NCBI GenBank assembly: GCA_023920165.1
Contig: CP089276.1
Location: forward strand, 2,356,001 to 2,420,000
DNA length: 64,000 bases
Direction: 5' to 3'
Origin: Curvularia clavata
Taxonomy: Eukaryota
Below, one piece after another: positions 11,788-23,209 of this stretch. The notes under the pieces were generated by a model. The model was not told the DNA's origin. It saw nothing but the letters and a program-made list of their open reading frames with translations, and searched no databases. The position numbers were made by a program, and so were the translations under genes. Numbering within the stretch: the first letter of the stretch is position 1; every line of letters starts with the position of its first letter.

Positions 11788-13067
11788 ATGCACTCAAAAC
11801 TAGTCAGTAAGTAATGTCCAGATTTCTATGGTAAGAACAAGAGCTAACGTGTTTTAGTTATTGGGTGAGTTTGCGACTGGCTACGGCACCGTTTTCTTGC
11901 TCGAATACAATCTAACGTTTACAGCTCTGGGCCAGCGGGCCACACCGCAGCTATCTATGCTGCACGAGCCGACCTGAACCGTAAGATACCTCCCTAAGCA
12001 TTTTTTTCAACGCTGACAGCGCGCAGCCGTCATGTACGAGGGTTTCATGGCTCTCGGCATCGCAGCCGGCGGTCAGTTGACTACCACGGACGAAGTTGAG
12101 AACTTTCCGGGTTTCAAGAAGATTGGCGGAGGAAAGCTCATGGTCAGTAACTACATGAAAACAGAACAAGCCAACAAACGCTAAAAAGTAGCAGGAGCAA
12201 ATGCGCGAGCAATCAGAAGCCTGCGGTACCGAAATCATTTCTCAGACCGTCGCCAAGGTTGACCTGAAGTCGCGTCCCTTCAAGTACTGGTTACACCCCA
12301 TGGGCGATGACGAAGAAATTGAGGAAGAAGAACATACTGCTGATGCCATCATCGTCGCGACTGGTGCAAAGGCAAGGAGGTTAGACCTCAAGGGCGAGGA
12401 CAAGTACTGGGGCAACGGCGTGTCCGCATGCGCAGTATGCGACGGCTCTCTGCCCATGTTCCGCGACCAACCCCTCGTCGTTATTGGAGGTGGAGACTCG
12501 GCAGTAGAAGAGGCATTGTACCTCACCAAGAAGGCGAAGAAGGTCACCGTTCTCGTCCGACGAGACAAGCTACGAGCTAGCCGAACAAACGCCCGCCGAT
12601 TGACAACCCATCCCAAGATCGAGGTCATGTTCAACACCAGCGGTGTTGAGATCAAGGGCGAGGAGAAGCCCAACGGCCTCATGACACACTTGGTGGTCAA
12701 GAACAATGTCACCGAGGAGCAACAGACACTGGAGGCCAAGGGCCTGTTTTACGCCGTTGGACACGACCCTGCCACCGCGCTATTCAAGGGACAGCTCGAT
12801 ATGGACGAGGACGGCTACCTGATTACCAAGCCTGGTGAGGGTCTTACCAGTGTCGAGGGTGTCTTCGCCGCTGGTGACGTTCAAGACAAGCGATACCGCC
12901 AGGCCATCACCAGTGCAGGATCCGGCTGCATTGCTGCCCTCGAGGCCGAGAAGTGGCTCGCCGAGCGCGACGACAGCGTCAGCAACGAGCTCGAAACCGA
13001 GAACCAGGCCGAGAAGTCTCAGACCAACGGCGTCGTTCCCGAGTACCGCTCCAACCCTCTTCTGTAA
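11788..13067 (+). CDS. TRR1: Thioredoxin reductase (low-molecular-weight type), 5 exons including a 7-nt microexon; possible GUG-initiated longer isoform from 11635
   Basis: Spliced N-terminus [40 protein letters not shown], active-site [33 protein letters not shown]. Confidence 0.96.
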
Positions 13068-13624
13068 ACAACTCGTCGAGCTCTTCTCTTGTCGTAGATT
13101 TCCACTCTCTTTGGAAACGGTTTCCGGGCATACATTGAACAAGAAGGGTTTGAGCGTTTACTACTTTTTTTTTTGTTCTCTCTGCATAGCTGAAGGACAC
13201 GGAGGAAAAACTTGTCCTGTATAGACTGCGGCAACATGATAGAAAGCCTATTTTATTTCATAGCTATGCTGATTCAAGTATAGCATAAGGCATAGACTCT
13301 TGAGCCGTCAATTTAGGGGGTTTGATAGAAGAAACGCAGGCAATGAAGGAATTTTGAAGTGGTATTTTGATTGGGTATCATATATGATTCATGTGAAGTG
13401 GGATTGACCTTTTCCCCTTAGCCTTCCATCCAAATTGATGATTGGTTGTTTCGTCGTTGACATCTGTCGTCACATGGTCGAACAACGCATGATGTGCATA
13501 GAGAGGCTCGATGAATGCTTTAGCTTTGCAACAGACCATGTCACCGCACTTTCAAAAACACCTGGCAAGGCTGCTGGTTGAGGTGGATGATAAGCGAGAT
13601 AGATCTCATCTAAGACGATGAGTA

Positions 13625-14395
13625 TCAGCGCCCCAGGCCGCTAGCTTTGAGAAGGCTGAGCGCACTTTCAAAGGCCTTCACCACACTGACGTCTGTACCG
13701 AATTAGCCACTATCGAATATTAGGATCCGCACCCTAAAAGCAGCTTACAGTGATTTCGCTTTTGCTCCAGCGCATCTTCCGAGTGCTGGACGTAGGCCGT
13801 GCGCGTGCAGAGTCTAGTAGAAATGAGTAAACTTGAGCGTATTGTCAAAAAGGCGCAGGATCGCACCTCGAATATGTTCGATCTGTCTCGTGTTCGTGTC
13901 CCGACTGCGCCCATATGCGAAAGTACTAGGCAAAGACAGATGACATCAGCATATTTGGAGTTCGCACAAGAGCGGAGAGAGTATTACAAGCATGAGGTCT
14001 TCCCATTCCTCCATTAACGCTGCTTCCTCGCCATGGCAAACCTTCATGGCCTCGTGATACCGATGATGCAGGTCCTCCCAATCGAAATCCTCAATTCTGT
14101 GCGCAGGGTCTGAGTCTTCGGAGTCGAATTCTTCGTCGCTGGTTTCACTGGCCTGGCCATCGGATGCATGCTGAGTTTGTTGGGCTGAGGGCGGCCGTTC
14201 GGTCTCATCCGAGTTTACACGTTTTAGTACTGGTTGCGCATCTTGCGTTTGGTGCGGCTCAGACTCATTTTCTGACCCGTTGTCCATGTTTTCAGTGTTG
14301 GGTAGAAGATTCAGCATAGGGGGTGAGGAAGGTAGAGCCGACAAAGTGTGACTTGGGAGAGACGATTCAGATCCGGGCTCGGAGGTGTTGTTCAT
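13625..14395 (-). CDS. Hypothetical protein (acidic disordered N-terminus, helical C-terminal part), 4 exons
   Basis: The 149-aa ORF continues across GT-AG introns (IEDFDWEDLHHRY...YFRIWAQSG...LQTRTAYVQHSE...VVKAFESALSLLKASGLGR*). Confidence 0.7.
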
Positions 14396-14898
14396 TCGCG
14401 ATGCTGGTGGCGGCGGTCAGTGCTGTAGATTAGCAGAGTGATTGCAGCGTTGTGTTATTCCCGTCAACAGAATACCTGACGCGTGGACATTGGGTTGATA
14501 TCCATAAGAAGGAGTCTCATGCTTTGTTGTTTGGAGATACGCTGTTCACGTTCACACCACGTGCCTAGCGTGAGCCGTTTTGGTCAGTCGCGGCATGACG
14601 TTGGAAGGTGCGTCTGACTCGCGCCTCGCGCCGGTACCTAGATACCGCCTCAGTCACGCTGCCTTTGTTCTTCGCTCGCCTTCTTGTGCTCTCCTTATGT
14701 CCTCGCCTTCACATTACACAAATACCACTCCTCGCATAGCTTATACAATCACCAGGCACCTCACTGGCTGATCTCCATGGATACGTAGGCTCCAGTCGAC
14801 CCCCGCGGCCAAACTCTCAACATGGTCTCGCTGTACCATCCAGTTCTACCACTCTACAAAATCTCTGGAGGCGATATCACCTAACCCACGTTTTCGCC

Positions 14899-16562
14899 AT
14901 GGAATGCGACATTTGCGGTAAAGCTGGCGGCCTCAGCCAGCCTTTCCACTGCATGACATGCGCCCGCGCATACCTCGAACAGCCCCGCATCGAGCTGGCA
15001 AGGACGCTGATAGACCGTGATGGCGTGGAGAAGCACGTCAAGGCAATCATTAACGGCTCGGAGGACCAGGCGATACAGCACGTTTCTCTCGTCGACTCCA
15101 AAGGAGGACTCCTGGTGGATAGGCAGGAATGCACAAACAATCTGAACTGGCAACGGATAAAGTCAGAGACGACGGAAATACAAGAGCGGGTGAAAGTCAT
15201 CTCGGAACATGCTGGTAGGCTCCGGGAACAGATCGAGGCCACCCGAAAGGAACTTGAGGCGAAACGGGCGGCCAACGCGCAGCGGAAGTCGGACCTCTCC
15301 TCAGCTACGTACGGCATTGAGTCGCGGCGGGCGAATGAGTTAGATAAGGTGCAACAAAAGATCAAGAGGCTGGATTACAATGCGGATAAGATGCATCACG
15401 ATACGATAGACTTGCGCATGCAGCTGTGTACGACTGCTGCCAAGCTTGCGGGTCTGAAGATGCAGCGGCGAAAGACGAGAGATGGCAGCATCAAGGAGGT
15501 CTTCAACATAGGGCCCGGCTCGCGCCTACGAATACATGACCTTCGGGATATGAATGGTATGACCCTGCTTACTACCAGGTCCAACGACAAGCTGACTCTT
15601 ACGTAGACGTACCTCCAGATGGCCTGTCCGCATCGTTGGCTGCTGTAGCCCAGCTCCTCGTCCGCGTTGCAGCCTACCTAGGTATTCGTCTTCCAGCCGA
15701 GATTACGCTGCCTCATAGCGATTATCCACAACCCACCATTTTCAGTCCGGCATCCTCTTATCAAGGAAAGAAAGTACCTTTCCCTGGCTCCACACCCTCA
15801 CACTCGTCAAATGCCAGCCCAGAAGCCTCTCGCACGCTCGAGGCACGCATACACCTTCCTAAACCCCGTACTCTCTTTGTTGATCGACCCTTGAGCCATC
15901 TCTCAGCCGAAGATCCCCCTGCTTACTCGTCATTCATCGAAGGCGTCTCCTTGCTGGCGTACAACGTAGCCTGGCTGTGCCGCACACAAGGCATGAAGGA
16001 CAGTTTCAAGCAGTGGGAGGACACATGCTCGATGGGTCGCAATCTGTATAGATTACTGATTACGCAAGAATCACACAATCCACAGCGGCTGGAGAATCCG
16101 TTCGACAAGGACATTACCACGTCAAAGTCTTCTCGCTTTATTCTTCGCAAGACGCCTGTAGGCTTTGGGCAACTTTCCCACGCGACATCACACTCGTACC
16201 TGGGCATGGCAGAGAACGCAAACTACATTAGCGGATGGGGCTTGTCGCCTACAAAAGTAGTTGACGAGCTCAAGGCATTCCTGCTTGCTGAGCAACAGGC
16301 TCAGGAGTGGGATGTTCTGAATCAGAAGGAATGGGAGGATATGGAGAACCTGATTGCAGAAGACCCGGTGCTTGTTGGTGATAAGCGCCGTGGTAATACG
16401 GGGTTGGATGATGGGCGGAGCTATCTTACCTCCGCCACGACCAATAGGAAACCGTCGCCATTACGAAAGACAGATACTTCTGAGGGCGAGCAGGCCGCGC
16501 GCAAAAAGGGCGTAAGTGGCTACGTAAAGCTTAAGAGCAGGCCGGGAGATAGCGCATACTAA
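14899..16562 (+). CDS. ATG14: Autophagy PI3K complex subunit of the Atg14/UVRAG family, 2 exons
   Basis: N-terminal CxxC...CxxC (CDIC...CMTC), long coiled coil, YLGIRLPAEITLP and FIEGVSLLAYNVAWLCRTQG; intron 15557-15606 joins the two ORFs. Confidence 0.8.
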
Positions 16563-16778
16563 GAATTGTAGCGGTAAGATAGAGCTAGGTCTGTCAGAGG
16601 CGAACCGTCAATAGCCAGATTAAACAAGCAACCTACAAACAAATGATCAATCTGTACTACAAGTGTCCTGGAGTAACTCCAATAACTCGCCCGAGCAAAA
16701 GCAACGTGGTAGGCTCGGTAACTGTCGCAGCAGATGTGTAATCCACAGAGTGCCAAGGCCGTCGCAAGGCGGAGCCCT

Positions 16779-16841
16779 ATGACACCATCCCCGCTTGCTC
16801 ACGAAACGAACGCGCCCCTGCGCCGAGCCATATGACACCAT
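16779..16841. promoter_or_regulatory. Two tandem ATGACACCAT boxes matching the CYS-3/MetR sulfur-regulator consensus ATGRYRYCAT
   Basis: Identical 10-mers at 16779-16788 and 16832-16841, upstream of the TATA box and the cystathionine gamma-lyase gene. Confidence 0.7.
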
Positions 16842-16955
16842 TTGCAGCGGCCCGCATGGAGGCGTGTGTGTGTGCCAACGCCGCTTCTGAATAATGCACA
16901 AGTTTGCTGAGAAATGCCAGCTTCTCAAAACGGGCCGGTCCAAATTCTGTGCTCG

Positions 16956-16963
16956 TATATAAA
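16956..16963 (+). promoter_or_regulatory. Putative TATA box of the cystathionine gamma-lyase gene
   Basis: TATATAAA followed by a CT-rich initiator-like tract at ~16995-17030. Confidence 0.55.
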
Positions 16964-17439
16964 GATTGGTCAAGAAACAGTACCGCCAAAATCAATTTTC
17001 TCCTCGCCTCTCAACTCCTCATCTTCACAAAGAAATTTCATTCGTGTCCGACAGAAATTTTCTGTTTACATAAAAAAACGCCTTCTGGACGCGCTCCGAC
17101 CAACACCCCTCTCAATAAGTGATTGAAAATCGGTACCACTACCGCACGAATACGGCGGGTTTTTTCGCGTGCTTGCGCTAAGAAAGCATCTTGCTCCGCT
17201 CGGGAAAACATATTTATTCGTCCAGACGTATATATACTAGACGACACGATAATTTGTCGAGGGGGCCTGACCTAACCGCTGTCTTGGGAGAAAAGGAAAA
17301 AATATCCTCTTGGTTCCACTTCTTTTCATTCTTCTCACTTACCACTCGACTCTTCTGCTGAGAATAAGTCGGACTCTTTTGGACTTTCGCCACATCGTTG
17401 TTACTTTGCCGGAATCGAGCATTTGGAGATTCGATAATC

Positions 17440-18782
17440 ATGACGCTGTCTGAGCACCCTATCGATACCCCGCCACGCCCGGCGTCGCCAGTCCACCGAT
17501 TCGGTACTCTGGCTGTGCACGCTGGAAGTCCTCACGATCCCGTTACTGGCGCTGTGATTGAGCCGGTATGCTATTTTCTTCCTCTTTTCATTATGGCAAC
17601 ATTTGGCTGACTAAAGAGGTTTAGATTTCGCTGTCTACAACATTTGCGCAGACCAGCGTTGGCCAGCCTGTTGGCGAGTACGAGTACTCGCGCTCCTCAA
17701 ACCCCAACCGGTACGTTTTCTGAGCACTAGCTAACCTGGATATCCTGCTAACGCGAATCCTCTACAGAGACAACTTTGAAAAGGCCGTTGCTGCGCTCGA
17801 GCACGCCCGCTATGCGCTTGCCTTTTCCTCTGGATCCGCCACCACGGCTAACATCCTGCAATCGCTCGCGGCAGGCTCGCACGTCGTGTCCGTATCCGAT
17901 GTCTACGGCGGAACGCACCGCTACTTCACTAAGGTTGCCCTGACGCACGACGTCAAGGTAACCTTCAGCCCGAGCATCGAAGTCGACATTGCGGAGCTCA
18001 TCCGCCCAAACACCAAGCTGATCTGGATCGAGTCGCCTTCGAACCCCACGCTGACGCTCGTCGACATTCGCAAAGTCTCTACCATTGCCCACCAGCACGG
18101 CATCATGGTCGTCGTCGACAACACCTTCATGAGCCCCTACGTGCAGAACCCGCTCGACCACGGCGCCGACATCGTCGTTCACTCCGTCACAAAGTACATC
18201 AACGGACACTCCGACGTGGTCATGGGCGCGGCAGCATTCAACTCGGCCCAACTTTACGAGCGCCTTTCTTTCCTCCAAAACGCCATTGGCGCCGTCCCCT
18301 CCGCATTCGACTGCTGGCTCGCCCACCGCGGCCTCAAGACTCTGCACCTCCGTGCCCGCGAGGCGACAAAGAACGCTACCGGCGTTGCTACCGCCCTCGA
18401 GGCCTCATCTCACGTCATCTCTGTAAACTACCCTGGCCTCGAATCCCACCCTCAACGCGCCATTGCCGTCAAACAGCACCGCGACGGTATGGGCGGTGGT
18501 ATGCTCTCGTTCCGCATCAAGGGCGGCCACGCAGCCGCCGAGCGCTTCTGCCAGGCAACCAAGATCTTCACCCTCGCTGAATCGCTCGGCGGCGTAGAGT
18601 CGCTTGTCGAGGTGCCTAGTGCCATGACGCACGGTGGTATCCCCAAGGAGCAGCGTGAGGCGGCGGGCGTGTTTGATGATCTGGTGAGGATCAGCTGCGG
18701 TGTTGAGGATGAGGCGGATCTAGTCGCGGATGTGGTGCAAGCTCTTGAGAAGGCCGTGGTTGCGGCTAAGATTCAAAACTAA
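17440..18782 (+). CDS. CYS3: Cystathionine gamma-lyase (PLP-dependent), 3 exons
   Basis: RFGTLAVHAG, EYSRSSNPNR, DVYGGTHRYF, WIESPSNPT, VDNTF, PLP-lysine motif HSVTKYINGHSD, LAESLGGVESL. Confidence 0.93.
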
Positions 18783-19220
18783 ATGAGTCATGGGGGACAC
18801 AATTCCTAGTTCCTTCCGTCCAGCTTCCATGATCAGCTATTGTGACATGGAGTCGGATATGCATAAACGGCGTTCTGCTTTTCTGGCCTTTTTTTACTCT
18901 CCTTCCAGTCAGGAAGATGAACGACTTTTTTTCTTTAACAGATACTCTAGATAGATGAACGAGAACCATAGGAATCTAGCCTACCTAGGCCTATTGCAAT
19001 GGGAAAAATTATGACATGAAATCTTTTACTTGTTTGTGCTTGTGAGTTGGAGATATGGCGTCTCGGTGTACGCTTCTTAGACAGATAGCGATTCATGTCG
19101 CCTGTAATGATGAGTTGGATGATAGCAAACGTGTCAGTCAAAGTCAGAAAACACATGACACCAGCTCGACGGTACCAATAAAAATAAACATATAATTTTC
19201 TCTAGTACATATACTACAGC

Positions 19221-20619
19221 CTACAACTCATCTTTCCTCATCTCACCCCCTGCCCCCTGCTGCTGCTGCTGTGCCTCTTCCATCTTCCTCCTCTCCACAT
19301 CCTCATCCCACATCTTCTTCTTCGGATTCCTCGGCTTACTACTCTCCTTCAACACCGTCCCATCACCCAGGGTAACCGGTCCCTCATCTTCCTCTTGCCT
19401 CGGCTGTCTAAACTGCGGGTGATCTGGCACCTCTTCTTCCTGCTGCTGATTCTGCTGTTGTTGGTTTTGTTCCGCCATCTTACCCACTTGCTGCGAATAC
19501 GATCCTGCTGGACTAGGATCCGGCGCGTGCTTTTGTGCTCCGCCTCCACGGCCGACAGGGATGTAAGCTGGTTGCGCGTTGGGTTGCCAACGGGGTGGAC
19601 CGCCTGTGGCACTAGGTTGGACGATTAGGGTTTTTGAGGATGAAGAGGAGGATGCCGCGACGGTTGAGCTGGCAGCGCCAATGGGTGCGACAGCAAAGAC
19701 GATGCGGAAGATGAGTTTGAGGGGCCAGATGAGAAACCACGTCAGGGGTCCGTAGAGCCAACGCCGGAAAATCAGCCAGATGACGGTGGTGATGAGAATG
19801 TAAAAGGTGGTTTCGAGGTACCAGGTGTCGCTCTTTTGGCTTTGGAGCAGTGTTGAGACTAGGTTCTTGCTGTTTGCGAGTAAAGTATTGAGGTCGGCGT
19901 AGTTCTCGCCAAGGTTTTCAAGGGCTTTGGTGGACTGTTCAAGGGTTTCCTGGGCGAAGCGTGAGCGTGAGAGCTCGTCTCGCATCAACTGGTGGGTCCT
20001 TCGTAGGGCAGCAGTCACGTCTGAAGAGGCTTGAGCGACAATGTCTCCTTCTGATACTCCTTGCTGTTGCTTCCTTTGGCGATAGGTAGACGAAGGGGTA
20101 GAGGTGCCGGACTGTATGTTTGAAAAGAGCAGTTCGCGCTCCTTGAGTTTTGCGCGGTCGGCGTTGTGTTTGGCAGTGAGTTGGGCTTTGCGGTATTGTG
20201 CTCGTGAGCTGGAGAGGGTACAGTGTCAGCAAACAGTCCCACAGATGGATAGAGAGACCAGGAATTCCCACTCACGATTTCAAGTCCTCAGTCAACCTGG
20301 CCAGTAATACTGCAAGTCTGCTCCTCTCGCTGTCTTTACTACTATCTCTTCTTCGACCAGCAATTCCACCCTGTAGCGTGACGTCTTCGACCTCCTGTCT
20401 CAAAAGCTCAAGTTCCTCCTCGATTCCCTTGAGCGTCTCGTGTATCTCAGCTCCAAGTTCCAATCTTATGTCCCCCTCTGCAGGATCTAATGGCTGCGAG
20501 CCGGGCTGGAAATCTAGTTTGGCGAGGCGCTGTATGAGCTGACCGACCGCCTTATTGGATTCGGCAAGGGCGTTTAGGCGTGTGGTAAGGGAATGGGTGG
20601 TGGAGGGAATGGGAGCCAT
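19221..20619 (-). CDS. SEC20: ER SNARE Sec20, 2 exons
   Basis: Coiled-coil N-terminus, SNARE region (VTAALRRTHQLMRDELSRS...), a transmembrane segment, a lumenal tail and a C-terminal KDEL retrieval signal. Confidence 0.88.
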
Positions 20620-20928
20620 GGTGTTGGCCCAGGATGCGGAGCGCAATGGTGGCTGTATGCAAGTGTTGCCCTATGACGGAGACGCTACGGTAGGCCATTT
20701 GATGGGGGGGGGGTAAAAAGCGCGCAACGTGTTTAAACCACCAGCCGTAGTTCTGCAGGAAATCTCGAGCACGGACATATCGCGGAAGTGCGCATGGGAA
20801 GACTGCGGACGCCAATTGCTGAACCCACCTCGTCTTGACCTATTGGTATGCCATCGCATCCTCTTCCACTCGAAAACTACTAACATATATTCTCGGCAAG
20901 CTTGTATCGGTCCCTCTTCATCGCCGCC

Positions 20929-21276
20929 ATGATCACCAGATTCCTTACCGACGTTCGCGTAACCTTCAATCCCTTCTCCCCGCGCTCAAAACCCGCCCGC
21001 CTCTTCCTGTCGCTGATACCACCGGATGCGCGCGCAGATGGCATGAAGATTGAGTCCAAGATGCTGCCACGACACAGCAAGGAGCCTGCGACGCTGGGCG
21101 TCAAGTTCAGTATGTATCGCCAGCCCAGTCTGGCGGATGACGGCTAATACATGCGCACAGAGGACGGCAAGGAAATGAACCTAGACCTGAGCAATATGCG
21201 CATACCACAAGTCGTCGAGGAGGTGGACAGACATTCGCGGTCATTGGCCCGAAAGGAAGAGCTAGCGGGCAATTAA
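20929..21276 (+). CDS. MRPL44: Mitochondrial large-subunit ribosomal protein mL53 (L44), 2 exons
   Basis: MITRFLTDVRVTFNPFSPRSKPARLFLS...VKFKDGKEMNLD...EEVDRHSRSLARKE across one GT-AG intron. Confidence 0.88.
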
Positions 21277-21563
21277 GCAAAGTATTTCAAACAAAACTAT
21301 TGTACATGTATATACACAGGCCCACACAGAGCATTAGCTGGCGTCACGGTAGCTTTTTGATTGGGACTCTGCACGACGATTTGATGGTTCTGCTGATGAT
21401 TCTATCTGCCATTTTTTCTGGTGCTTTCATGCACTTTTATCTACTATCTACCATGGAGGTTGCAAATGATTTCCAGGCTAGCCATCAGACATGACTGATG
21501 CAGTACTGCACCATTGCCGCTTCCTGGAATCTACTTCATGGCCGTGGTACAAATCCATCAAAT

Positions 21564-22614
21564 TTAGTTGGATGGAGCACCAGAGATGTAGAACCACTTG
21601 TCAATGCTGGGGTCGATGGGAGCAGGTGCCTTGTTCTCGCCAGCGGGGATGTTGAGCGAGCTGGCATCGGCGCGGTCAGGCGAGCTTGAAACAGTGGTGT
21701 TGGTACTGCAGATAGTTAGTAATAGTCTGGTAACAGCATATCCATGTGCACATACAGGCTGATGTCCTCCTTGGGTGTCTTGCCAGTGATGAGCTTCTCC
21801 CAAGCCTCAGCGCACTCGCGGACAATCTCCTCGGCGTACTTCTTGTTCTTGCACTCGCCAGAGAAGGCGAACTGGTTCTCAGGCTTGCCATCTGGGATCT
21901 TGTAGATACGGAACCACTCGTTGGTGGCACGGAGAAGACCAGGCAGGTGGCGCTCGACGTCCTCGATGTCGTTGAGCTTGGGGGCCAATGGGTCGTTGAC
22001 GTTGATGACCATGATCTTCCAGTCAGTCTCGCCCTCGTCAAGCAGAGCCATGACACCGAGGACCTTGACCTGGATCACCTCACCGGGCTTGGCGACAAGC
22101 TCACCAATCTCGCAGACGTCGAGCGGGTCGTTGTCTCCCTTGGCCTTGGTCTCTGGGTGGACGACATTGGGGTCTTCCCAGGTCTGTAGGGTATCAGTAT
22201 TGTTACGTGGTCCGACATGGGAATCGCGTCATCGCACCTGGGGGAAGGCACCGTAGTTCCAGAGGTAGCCCTTGTGGGGGAAGCAGTTCCTGACATATCG
22301 GAGCTTGCCCTTCTTGATGTCCTGCTTGATGGGGTTGAGAGGCTCCTCCTTGGAGATCTGCACATAGGGTTAGTGTCGTGCTTGGTGGCTAGGCACTCGA
22401 GAAGAGGGCGAGGGCAGTCAATTGAAGGCGTGCGTACCTCCATCTTGGCATTGGTCCAGCGGGGCACCTCAACGATCATGTTGAGGATCGTCTGCTGCTC
22501 GTTGGCGTAGAGGGGGATGTCGTGCCATGGCGAGACGAGCTGGCCGTCCTTCTCGATGAAGATGCGGTGCTCGAGCGTGTTGGCCGCGGCAATCTTGCGG
22601 GTGGTGTAAGACAT
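21564..22614 (-). CDS. IPP1: Inorganic pyrophosphatase (family I), 4 exons; in-frame upstream ATG at 22896
   Basis: [39 protein letters not shown], catalytic [22 protein letters not shown] and C-terminal IDKWFYIS. Confidence 0.96.
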
Positions 22615-23209
22615 GGTGGTGGGTTTCTTCGGGGCAGCGGTGTGGATTGCTGATGAAGATGAAACAGAGTTGAGATGCCCTGCCAGTAGACGAGCCCTAG
22701 AGTTGATTTTGTCGTTGAGGGGTCTAGTGGGGCTGCCGGCAGGCGGGGAGCTGTGTTGGGAATGCGGCGCCACTGTGACCAACGTCACCACTGACCGTCT
22801 GCATGAGACAGCCAAGCGAAGGGCAAAAGAAGATACAGGGCGGGAGCCTAGTCTCTGCAGAGAACAGAGCCGCAGCAAGGAGGGATGGGTGGGCATGGAC
22901 AGGCTTAATTCAGTCGACTGGATTAGAGCATTGGCATAGCCGGTTTGCTTCCCGTGCAATAGCCCAGGGCCGAGGATAGAAAAACAACAAAGCTGCGGAG
23001 CGGCCGTCGGAACTTTCCCCCCAGTCTGATGCACAGACACCAGCCCACTTCCGCCGCTAGGCCACTTTTCCAGGGCGAGGCAATCATGTGCTACAGATAC
23101 ATCAAGTCGGCATACATGCAGCTCGAGGTGCTTTTGCCAGCCTCGAGCCGTGTTCATCTGCGTCGTGCCATGGCCAATGTAGCATGCAAACAGTACTGTC
23201 ATCCCAGCT

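Noticed and set aside
20704..20713. G10 run in the SEC20/MRPL44 divergent promoter
   Set aside because: An isolated homopolymer without further G-tracts to support a G-quadruplex.
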